From the NCBI RefSeq assembly GCF_036971445.1, contig NC_091481.1:7378001-7442000 (forward strand): 64,000 nucleotides of DNA, in the 5' to 3' direction. This stretch comes from Narcine bancroftii. Taxonomy: Eukaryota. Positions 52,901-64,000 of the stretch are shown here, in pieces. Numbering within the stretch: position 1 is the stretch's first letter; each line of letters opens with the position of its first letter. Under the pieces are notes generated by a model. That model had not been told where the DNA came from. It searched no databases and saw only the letters and a list, made by a program, of their open reading frames with translations. The position numbers were made by a program, and so were the translations under genes.

Positions 52901-53713
52901 CTGCTCAGTTTCATTCCTCCCCTCTGGCATTCAACTAAGTAGAAGCTGCAAGTTTTGATTAAATTGAGATTCCATATGGTAATTTTCAGCTGGTCTTTGT
53001 GAATTTTGAGAGGATATTTCACCTCGTAAAGGAATTTGGGATGAGGAGCATGGTTTCAGAAAGTCGTATAGGATCATGGAGAATAGGAGCAAGGATAGGT
53101 GATCTGGCCCTTGTAGCCAGCCCTCATCTTGACAAAAAATCACATCTTGACCTCCACTCCAATTTTCCTGTCATATTTGATTCTTATTGATGTTATTTTT
53201 TTTTTACTTTTGGTACTCCAATGTAAGAGTAACCAGGGACTGAGGAACTTGCGTAACTGAATTATGTTTTTTAACTCATGGAGTGATTGGCAAACATAAT
53301 TCAATTTTCACCTGTTTGCTGCACTTGATAGAGCAACTTCAATAACTGCAGAATGTCCCAAAAGACTTTTCAGCCTATTAACTTAAAGTAGATGCAATAA
53401 TAATTCAAGGATAGTTGATTTGAACAGTGGCGTGATAATCAGTTGGCAATCAGACTTCTTTGGGAATTACTATCGACTGAAGTATGAGAAAACCTTGCTG
53501 TTCTTTTAAAAACAGTGACAACTGGTTTTCTTGACAGTTGGTCTAATTCTCTTTTATGAAAAGCCTCTCTTGGCTCAGATGCACTTCATTTTCCAGTGTA
53601 ATAAATTGGTGATTACAAGTACAATGTTTTAAGTTAGTTACAAAGTTTTGAAATCAAGATGTATAGGAAGACCAGATGCTCCAAGTAGTGGAAATGTGGA
53701 AAAAAGGTTCCCT

Positions 53714-54094
53714 TGTAGCCTTCTGCTACACGAAGAAAGACACACGCTCGCAGTGTGGAAGGTTAAGATCTGACTTTATTGAGGCTGGAAATGCACCTTT
53801 TATACAGTTGAGTTTCCGCCGTTTGGTTGATGGCTGAGATCACTTGCCTGAATAACAAAAATGGGATTCCTGCCCACGGGAACATTCTTGCATCTGAATG
53901 CCCTTCTTCCCCAGCCTGGTGTTGCTCTGTTAGCTGGGCAGCCTGGCCAACGCCACTTTAGGACTGCTGGTCTTGTACTGCTCCAGCTTCCAAGCGCATC
54001 AGTTTGCTATGCTAGGGGTCGCATTAGTGAGTTATGCCGCTGTTTATTACCACGTGTTTTGCTGGCACAATCTCTGCGGTTGTGGGCCGCCACA
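53714..54094 (-). mobile_element. Gypsy-type solo LTR
   Basis: TGT...ACA termini, AATAAA on the - strand, approximate 4-bp TSD ccct/cctt. Confidence 0.6.
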
Positions 54095-54421
54095 CCTTCC
54101 TGAGACCTGGCAATTGTGCAACACTATTTCTCAATAATTTACGCTGTCCTGCCTGCTCCTGAGCAATTGCAAACATTTACTCATCAAGAGTATCATTAAA
54201 TAAGGTGGTTCTGAAAATATTGTTTGTGACAGCGTATACATCTTAATATTGTGGATTTGCCATGGATACCCTCTGAAAATTAATAAACCATTATTTGAGC
54301 AATTGTAAAAAATATTATGTTGAGGAAGACACTGATTATTCAAGGATTTGAGCTTTGAAGGAGCATTTAATTGATGTAGAATGGAAATCAAAGATGTTCC
54401 AGCTTGAGAAGGAGCTAATTT

Positions 54422-55210
54422 TGGAACTATGAAGAATATAATAAACACAAGGTTACTCATGATACAGTATAATTGGTTACACAGGTTATATATCACGCCC
54501 CAAAAATTAAATAAATGGGATCCAACAGTATCAGACAGATGTTTTCGCTGTAAGAAGGAAACGGGAACAACAGTACTTGCAATTTGGGCCTGTGAGAAAG
54601 TGGAAAAATTTTGGGAAGATCTAAATCAGGTATTGAATAAAATCACAAAAAGCAACATCCCAAAAAATCCAGAGATCTTTCTTCTAAGTAATATAAGAAG
54701 TAAGGAATTAGGCCTCCAATTGGATAAAGCACAAAGATTTGTTATGATAGCCTTAGCAGTAGCAAAAAAAAATGTATAATGTCAACTTGGAAGATGGGAG
54801 GGAGCCCTGAGAATACAGCAATGGTACATGGAAATGAATAAATGTATTCCATTGGAAAAAATAACATAATTTAAAAAATAAAGTCACATTATTTGATCAA
54901 ATTTGGGAACTGTACATGGAATACAACAGAGAGAGCCTACCGCGGACCTCCACCCCCTAAAATGATAGAATGATAAGAAGACGAAATGAACTGACCCAGT
55001 GTGTAAAAGTAGGTGACACAATTTTCTTGTTTATTTTCATTGTGTGATGACATTGTGTTTAATGGTTTTATTGTATTGTATATGTTGAACGTTTAATGGG
55101 TTTGGAGGGAGGGGGAGAAAATGCCACTGTCTATATTTAAGATGGAAATGTTTATGTATTTTGAATGATATGGTTCACAGTGTGAAAATTTTTTTAAAAA
55201 TTAAAAAAAG
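54422..55210 (+). mobile_element. 5'-truncated copy of the same L1 family
   Basis: Closely matches 38388-39166; TSD AGGAGCTAATTT at 54410-54421 and 55211-55222. Confidence 0.93.
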
Positions 55211-55929
55211 AGGAGCTAATTTGAATGTGCTCTCCGTTCACAATTATCAGATCTCAATGAACATTGTTTTGGTTTTGTTAGCAAAATGGCTTTCTATTAT
55301 TTCTCAAAGCCTGTGTTTTGTTTAAAGTCAATCATGCTTGTTTTTGGTCCGAGGTGGGATGCAAATTTATTTTTATAACTGCATTCTCAGTTACTAATGT
55401 AGATAATACTGGCTGTACACATTGCTTTCATAAAGCTGGTCTTGATGGAAAGATGATTTATAAAGAAACTCATTTTTTGGAAGTCGTGAAAGTGCATTTG
55501 AAATACTACGCTTGTAGAGAAAGAAACACAACTGACAATTTTCCACATACCAAAAAAAAAATGATTATGATCAGATATGTGTGTTTGATTTGGGGGGGGG
55601 GGGTTTGTTGAAGGGGTGTTATTAAAGTAAGCCAGATCACTTCAGAAAACACTCATTTTCTTCAAGGTAACATTGTGGAATTTTCTCATCCACTAAAAGA
55701 GCACATTTACCAATCACTCCTAAAATAGGACCTTGAACAAAATAACATTCCCTTAATATTGCACTTGGGTTTTTGAAAAGGTTATTGAGTCAATTCTCTC
55801 CACATTTCCATTGAACTGAGAACTTTCTGCTGGATTACTTTGGGATATGGGCTCCAAGTAAAATCTGTAAACATTTTGTGGTAGATTCTAGGTTTTAGAC
55901 ACATTTGTTTTATGAATCCAGTCACGACA

Positions 55930-56500
55930 CGTCAACGAGATGGTGAACTAAGATTTGGCATGCCTGCCTTCATCAGTCAGGATATTTAAAGAGATAGAAC
56001 ATCATGTTACAACTGCACCTGACGTTGGTGAGACCACATCGAATTCAAGTTGCTTACCTACAGGTCATTAAACTGGAGAGGGTGCAGAAAGTGGTTGAAA
56101 AAATGAATTGGGATTGGAGGGTTGGAGCAATTCAGAGAGACTGGGTAGGCTGGGGCTTTTTATCCTTAGAGCATTGGAGGCTAAGGGTGATCTTTGTCAA
56201 GGTATATAAAATCATGAGGTGAATTGTCACAGTCATTTTTCCATGGTAAGAGTTTAAAACTGAAGGGCACAGATTTAGGATAAGAGGGGAAAGGTTTAAA
56301 GGGGTCATTGTTGAAGGACAACTTTTTCAGATAGATGATGGTGGTGGGTATTGGAAACAAGTTGCCAGAGGAAGAGATGGTACAATTACAATGATTAAAA
56401 TAAGAGAGGAAAGGTTAATGGAATATGGGGCCAGCTCAGATAAGCAACTTGGATGACATGGATGAGTTGGATTGCAAAGCCTGTTTCTGTGCTGTATAGC
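55930..56500 (+). mobile_element. CR1 LINE 3' fragment
   Basis: TLVRPH..LERVQ..SLEHWRLR..VYKIMR. Further CR1 relics at ~7560-7860, 11030-11280, 14440-14880, 18770-19400, 32900-33500, 34310-34700, 50520-50980, 51270-51460, 63500-64000. Confidence 0.8.
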
Positions 56501-58849
56501 TCAAAGTATCCCATGGAATCTTGCAGTACATATATATAATCTTTTTCCCATTATTCCTTTTCATGTATTTTACACCATGGGGTTGCCATTGTTGGAGGGG
56601 GCTGTGGACACGTGCATGGCCTTCAGATCAGTAAAAAATTACAATAAATCAGGATATTAATTTGAAACTCCAACCACATTCTATGCTATAGTAGGACTGG
56701 AATGGTGATTGTCTTGAATGGTGAAGTGCTAGAGGGTAGATGGTGTTTGGAACTTGATTTAGATTTGGTGTGTTGCCTTTAGAATGTTTATAAATATTCC
56801 AAAATATTTATATTTTAAATTATATATTTATGTATAGATGTGATTATTCTGTACTGTAGTTTGTGTGTGCACTGTGGTCAGAAGAAACACTATTGTCTGC
56901 TTGTATTTTTTTAGACACGCAGCAGGGTATCCGGTCCTACTGGCGCACGACCCAAGTAAATCAATTAACCTACAATCTCTTTTTTTTTTTTGAAGGGTGG
57001 GGGGAAACCAGAGCACCCAGAGGAAACCCACGCAAAGATGGGGAGAATGTTCAAGCTCTGTACAGACAGTGCTGGCCCTCACTGGCGCCGCATCAGCATT
57101 GTACTAACCGTGTCACAGCCATGTACATACAGTCAGATGTTGATAAGCATACTTGAGAAGTTTGAGGGGGAAACACTGTTCATGTTTATCAAGTGACTTC
57201 CTATTTGAAATTATGCTAACAAAAATTCTAAGCAAAATTTATTGTTCTCATCTATCCTTTAACCTTTTGCCATGTTTCCTATTGGCCTGTATTTGCTGGC
57301 AGTAGAGGAATGGAAAAGTCATGTTGATGTAGGCAAGATTCTGAGAGGAATTTATGGATTGTACAGAGAGGTTGTTTCTTTAGATTAGGAATTCTAATAC
57401 GATTAGGTACCTCAGTGCTGAGGTAAGGAAGTTGTCTTTTATTTGAGTATTTCTAAAATCTGGAATTCTCAGTACCAGGAGGCTGTGGGTGTTTTATCAT
57501 TGAATATGACATTGATATTTTCTTTTTGACAGTTTAAGGAACTAGAAATGTGTTCTCTATCTAAGGAAGAAATAAATGATGTTGTCCTGTTGAAAATCAA
57601 TTAATTCCGAGTAAGACAATTCTGCACACATTTTTTGGTATCCTTTGAAAACTTTGTTTCCTTGCATAACAGCACTATTCTAGATATTCATAGCACTTTA
57701 TTAGCAAAAAACCTTGTAAATGATGTTACTGGTGGTGCAATGCGATGTCTGCACTGAGGGTGTTGGCTTTGTCCATCTGGGAGATGACCTTTTCAATTTG
57801 CTGTCCAAATAGTCAACCTTTCGAAACTGGGTTCCACTGAAACTGACAATTAAAGGGCCAAAAGTAACTGCATTATTTAATATAGCTGATGTCTGTGAGC
57901 TCAAACATAACCTTGTTCAGAGATGTAGATCCTTCCAAATCTCAGGATCATTCCAAGCTGCTGCTTCTGATCTCATTTCACAGTTTAATCCTCTCAACTG
58001 GTTTAGTGAGGTGGTCCAATCTCTGGGAGTGGAGACTTAATTTTCATTGACTAGTCCCTTAGTATGCACGAGGCAGATTGGGTCCTACATTGCTGAGTCC
58101 GCTCTGTGCAACCATAATAGATAGGTCATGTCCTTAGAAACTTCCCTGGCAACTTCTTACAAGGTGAGCTGGTTGTAGCCCTGGGGGCTTCTCTCACCTT
58201 TATGTAAAGGAAATGCCTCCTGAAATCATCTATCTATCCAGGTTTCTAGAATAAAGAATTTGAGGATCAGATTAGAAAGTGAGCAGGAGAGAGGATCTTA
58301 ATGAATGGTAGAGAAAGATTTTTGTTTTAATTCCATTTGAAATATCCGTCATGAGAGTAATTTTGCTTTCTGTTATATCTGCTAAATCTCTGGGTCCTGC
58401 AGTAATAAAGAGCTATTGTCGACACATTTGGTTCTTCTGACCCTCCCGACTCTTGTTTTGTTATCTGAGCTTTTTCCTCATTCCAATTGCTCAGTTGCCA
58501 AAACAAACAAGAGGGACCTGGTCATTTGAGGAACGTAGGCAAAACTATTGCTTACTTATGTGAAACTTTTAGACAAGATGTCATTTTCTTAGCATGCAAG
58601 ATGATGAAATTTGCTTGCTGGGTAGAACACCTCATTCTAGCTCTTCACCAATCCAAGCCCATCCTGAAGAATTGTTTTCTTTTATAAAAAAAAAGCTTAA
58701 TTCTGTGATTATATGCCAACATTTATTTTGAAAATTAGCCTTCGCCAATGAAGGTGCAGTAACAAAGAATGTTGAAAGTGAGTTGTTCACCCAAAATGTC
58801 ACTGATCTTGAAGTTTATGGTAAATGGCAAAGTGCTAGTTCGGCATTCA

Positions 58850-60505
58850 AACAATAGACTTCCTGGGACATCGCATCACCCCAGAGGGAGCCACGCCACT
58901 ACCTGACAAGATGGAGGCCATTCAGAACTTCCTGAAGCCAGGCACGACCAAAGGACTACAGGAGTTCCTGCGGATGGTCAACTTCTACCATCCTTTCTCC
59001 CAGAAACTGCCATCCTCATGCAGCCCCTGTGCAGCCTTGTCAAACTCAGCGGCAAGATGCTGCAACGGATGCCGGAGGCCACGGGAGCTTTCCACACACC
59101 ACCAAGTCAGCACTGGCGAAGCCCATGGAACTGGCACATCCAGATCCCACCTCCCCCCTGGCCCTCACAACAGACGTTTCAGACAGAGCAATGGGTGTGG
59201 TGCTAGAGCAATGGGTCGACAAACAAAGGCGACCCCTCGCCTTCTTCAGTAAGCACCTCCAAACACCAGAGCTCAAATACAGCGCATTTGACGTGAACTG
59301 CTGGCCTTGTACCTGGTGATGTGGCCCTTCTGCTATATGCTAGAGGGGAGAGTGTTCACCACCTACACAGACCACAAACATGCTGAGCAAGGTTCGGACC
59401 CGTGGTTGGCAAGATAATAACGGTACCTCTTCTACGTTTTGGAATTCACCCTGGATATCCACTATGTCGGAGTCATTTCGGCGTCCTGACCCACATCATA
59501 TTGGACCGAGGAGCGCAGTTCACCTCCTCCCTCTGGACCAATCTGGTGAAATTCTGCCGCAGCCAGGTCCACCATACGACGGCCTTCCTTCCCCTAGCAA
59601 ACAGACTGGTCGAATGGTTCCACCGCCACCTGAAGGCCGCGTTGAAAGCCCGAATGACTGGGCCAAACTGGATGGACAAGCTCCCATGGGTACTGCTCGG
59701 GATCCGCATGGCACCGAAGGAGGATGTGTCAGCATTATCTGGAGAGATGGTAGACAGTGCGCTGCTCTCCAACCCAGGGGACCTACATTTCAAACCCCAC
59801 CGACCCACAGACCAGAGCATTAGGCATCCTGCACAGTCTGAGAGAGCAGACTGAAGATCCATGTGCTATCTCAATAGTGTAAATGTAACAGGAAAGTTAC
59901 CCAGCCAGCCATGTTCCAGCGGATCTGCAGTCCACCCACTACATTTTCTTACGCAAAGGACAGGCCCCCCCCCGTGCCTGTTTGAAGGCCCCTTCAAGGT
60001 ACTGCAAAGAGACGGCGTGGTGTTCACATTGGATGTTGGTGGCCGACAGGACAGATTCACAGTCAACCGCCTCAAAGTCGCGCACCCGGCTCCAATCTGC
60101 CGGCCCCGGACTCCTGGGTTAAACACAGAGGTAGACCGCCCAAAGACTAAGTCAGACCACTTAGAGAGCAGTGGGGATTCTTGGGGGGGGGGTGTAGCGG
60201 GCTGAGCAACCGTGCACGTAAACGGGCCAAATCGCTGCAACATGCAGCTGGTCCAAGATGGCGCAGGCTCCCCATCCCTCCCGAGGAGCCCGCGCCTAGC
60301 ACCACGTGCAGGCTCAGGAGCCCTCCACTTCTGCGTACTGGCCTGCCGGCTGGAGTGTGACACCACGATGCGATGATGTCACTTCCCGAAGCCGGCGGGT
60401 ATGTAACCAGAGTAGGTGGGCCAGCGCGGAGACGTGGCAAATTCAAACCAATAATGTCATTCTTGGTTCACCCTCATGCTGTGTGGATGTCTCTTTACTC
60501 GGTAC
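58850..60505 (+). mobile_element. Internally deleted Gypsy LTR retrotransposon (RT/RNase H, integrase, PPT, 3' LTR)
   Basis: GLQEFLRMVNFY; LTTDVSDRAMGVVLEQ..RPLAFFSK..KYSAFD; ILDRGAQFTS..NRLVEWFHRHLK..LPWVLLGIR; FEGPFKVL. G-run, then TGTAGCGG at ~60192. Confidence 0.9.
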
Positions 60506-62223
60506 CTGACAATAGATACCTAACAATGCATTATTCTAATGTGATTGAAGTTGATATTGTTGACATGTACACATTGATGACAGCCAACTCTACATTTCCA
60601 CTACTTGTCTCCACCTCCTGCTGGCTGATTTGCTACAATATATCCAATGCCACTACAATATATCGGACCAAATGAAGAAATACTTTGCCACTATATTTTT
60701 AACAAATGCAGTTCCACAGAGAGTGAAAATTTTAGAATGAGGGATTGAAATGCTGGTGCTGTTCCCCTGCTTTTGTCTTGGAATTGTTGCAGAGTGAATA
60801 TTGTATCCACTCTGCATGAATGTGATTTGGGAAACAGGACTTGGCCATTGGGAGTAAATAGTTGAGGGAAACCCTGGTGATGGACAGCTTCTCTGTAATT
60901 TAGTGCAGTAAAGTTGGTTTCCTTTCCTGAAGATGGTCTTGAGGTCCAGATGAGAGTGAAAAGGCTGTGGGTTGTAATTGATGCTCTTGTGCATTGGGGA
61001 TACTCTCTGCCGCCAAGGCTTTGTTATTTTTTTAGTTTGGGTATATCCTTCTTGAAATCTTATCAGTCATCAAGTAGCATATTGAGATACAACAGAATGC
61101 TGACCAGGAATGAACTTTGACTTCAGTAAACCCTGGGACATTTTGTATTTCATACAGGATTTCTGGTGTTTGTACCTTACAGATCTCTCGGTCAGTGTTT
61201 GTTTTGTTGGTTGAATTCCAAGATCATTGAAACAAAAGATTATATTTCTATTAAAATTAAGAATTGAATTTATTTTTGTAAATTAGTTGTGAATTGTTAG
61301 CAGCCCCTTTTCAAGCTAACTTTTAAATTCACATTTCACCCCCATTGGAGTGAAAACATGGCATTGCTCTAGTAAGTTCAGGGTCAAGCATCAGTGGATA
61401 CTTTCACCTGTAGAATTTTCTCTTGTGTGAATAATGATACACATTCATCATTTGTGCAGAACTGTTGTAAAAAGGTTCAGTGCAAAGTGATTTGTGTGTT
61501 GTGCAATCTTCTCATTTTAATTATTTTTAAATTGTGTGGAACATGTCGTGTTCATATAAAACTACAAGAAAATATTTTAAAACGAGTATGATTTTAACTT
61601 CAAATAATGAATTAATTGATGGGATTGTTGTATAAATATCATTTGTATAGGAATATTTACTAACAAAAGAGCCTTGTATATAAATCATCATGGTTAGTTT
61701 CAAATGAAAGAAAAAGTGAAATGTGAAATCAAGTTTTAGAAGAGTTCAAATCCAAGTAAAATTTTGATGTCAAGCAGATGAATGTTGTTGGTACTCAATA
61801 AACACAACTTGGTCAGGATATCAATTTTAAATCCAGAAATAAATTTTCATATAAATTAATATTGTTACTCCTTGTCCAATTTTTGTAGTTTCTGTCACTA
61901 ACGTTGGATGTAATTTTGCCATTCTGTAGATGGTCGACACGTGTTTATTGGCCTTATCAGTTCATAAATGGCAAAGGGCTTCTTGTTTGTTAGATCTGCT
62001 CATAACATTTGCCTGAAGAAGGTTCTTCGTTAATGAAATTGTGCCTTGGTGTACAAATGTGGGTTATGTGAATTCTAGGTTTGGTTAGTAAATGTGAAGG
62101 ATTTAAGGTGGTCTGGACTCATTTAGCTGAATTACTTTCCTGTTGCATTTACACTATTGAGATAGCACATGAATCTTCAACTTCTAATTTGCTGAGCCAT
62201 AAACCATGGACTCTGTTTTTTAG

Positions 62224-62287
62224 GCCTCCTCTCCGACGTGGAAGTTCCTTCACCTTTCTGACCCCAGGACCATGGGATTTTACTTTG
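62224..62287 (+). CDS. NET1: NET1 coding exon 2
   Basis: Acceptor ctctgttttttag, donor TTG|gtaagt. Encodes (R)PPLRRGSSFTFLTPGPWDFTL, matching the NET1 N-terminal motif LRRGSSFTFLTPGPNWDFTL as remembered for human. The gene continues beyond the window. Confidence 0.93.
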
Positions 62288-62939
62288 GTAAGTATTTCAA
62301 CAGATATTTGTGATGCACCTTAACTGTTCTCATGAATATTTTTGTCTGCTAAAATTTAATGTAAAAGTTCACTAGTTTCAAACATGGTGGTCATATTTGT
62401 CTCTACAGTTACATAGTTAGCTTCGTTCAAAGACTACTGTCACTTTCAATGCAACCTTGTGTCCATAAACCTGCTGAATTGTGTCATTTAAATTAATTTT
62501 GTGTACATACAATTTTCATAAGAGCCTTTGTGGAATATGCAGCACATCTTTGTTTCAATTCTGTTCCCTCTCTCAAATCTACATTAGCACTGCTGCCTGA
62601 ACATCTGCAGAATTCACAACTTTCACAAGAAAATAGGAGTAGGACGGAGCCTTCAAGCATGCCCCACCAAAGGAAAATTACAAAGGGCAAACCCACCACG
62701 GAAAAAGATAATGTCTGTAATTACACAAAGATGGGTGGCAGGTTGATGATTGATAGAATTTTTTTTAAATTATTCCTGTTGTGACCAGTTTAAGAGTGGA
62801 GAAGCATCATCGATTGTTCTGAACTTGTCCTAGTCTAGAAAAATACTGGAGAGAAGCTTGCTGTACTTTATCAAAAAAATGTAATATATATTTAATACCA
62901 AACCCTTTGGTGGCCCTCTTCAGTACAATGGGGGGGAAT

Positions 62940-63500
62940 GATACTTCTTTGTCTTTGGTTCAGAGTTATGCTATCTCTTTCACCTATCTTTTGGTGAGAT
63001 GGGCAATGTTACTTTAATGGAAGGATGCTGCCCCGCCTACTCATGATCATATCTTGTTTGGATATGGAAAAAATTCATTATTCAGTTAATAATTCAGATA
63101 CAAGATTTCAGATGTTATGGGGGTCATTTATGACACTTTCTTATTTTATAATTTCACTTCAATGTAATTAAATTGTCTGTTTCGTATTTTTTTTCTGTTG
63201 TTTTTCAATTTTTTTTCTACCTTTTTCTTTTACTAGTTATAACATTTGGCAACCCTCAGGCAAGAATTTTGAGTTTTTCTTTTTTATTATTTTTTCCTTT
63301 TTTTCTAGATACATTTTGTTAATAGCTCTTTTTATAAAAATATATAGTACCTGGAATATGAATTATGAATATGATTTACAAATTGTGCATACTTTTGATA
63401 TATTGAATGTTTTATTAATTTTGTGTAACTGCATATCATTATATCAAATTGTATTATTCATAGAAGTTCATTAATATCAATAAAAATATTTAAAAAGAAA
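62940..63500 (+). mobile_element. L1 3'-end relic
   Basis: WKDAAPPT..CLDMEKI..LWG-like C-terminus, T-rich UTR, AATAAA tail. Confidence 0.55.
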
Positions 63501-64000
63501 AATTATGAATGGCTAAAAGATTAAGAAGGAAAAAAATCTTCAAGTATGAGACAAGGGTGGCCAGAAATGTAAAAATAAAAAGTAGAAGTTTTAAAAGGAA
63601 CATTAACAAAGTGACTGTTGGTCCTATAGAAAACAAATCTATGGAGTAACAGTTGAAAACAAGAAGATGGTAGACAAATTAATCATTTCATTTTGCATCA
63701 GTTTTTAAGAGAGAGGGTACCAGTAATGTCCCAGTAAAGGCTGTTGATCTGAAATGGTAAGGAAAATTACAGTTATTGGGGATATTATAATTGGAGTTGC
63801 AGCCTGATAATGGTGTTTCTGAAGGACTTAGTCCTTGAGTCTTAAAATGTCCCTAATTCTTTAGATTTGTGGAAAGTTCAACGAGGTTCAGAAATATAAC
63901 AAATATAAATCCATTACTCAAAAAAGAAGCAAGATAAAGGATGAGGCTACTGGACATGAGGGTTGCATGTCAATAAATGAACTTTGTATGCTATTATTAA

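Noticed and set aside
61930-62021. Possible NET1 exon after ttctgtag
   Set aside because: Stop codon in the NET1 frame and a weak donor.

Overview
Vertebrate genomic DNA. The repeat landscape (tRNA-derived SINEs, CR1, Rex1, Penelope, L1, Gypsy) points to a cartilaginous fish, probably a ray; this is inferred, not proven. The centre of the window is a CpG island at ~42.4-42.9 kb that appears to act as a bidirectional promoter. On the + strand it drives NET1 (RhoA GEF): coding exon 1 is 42714-42820 and exon 2 is 62224-62287 (RRGSSFTFLTPGPWDFTL), with a 19.4-kb intron between them. On the - strand, starting ~170 bp from the NET1 ATG just downstream of an RFX X-box, about 20 collinear exon remnants run from ~42.5 kb to the window start. 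They encode broken tandem EF-hand-pair repeats of EFCAB6 type. Almost all carry stops or frameshifts while most splice signals remain, which fits a decayed EFCAB6-like gene that the ORF track does not show. The rest is transposon relics, two minisatellites and a 200-N gap. All protein identifications come from manual translation and remembered sequences; no search was run.
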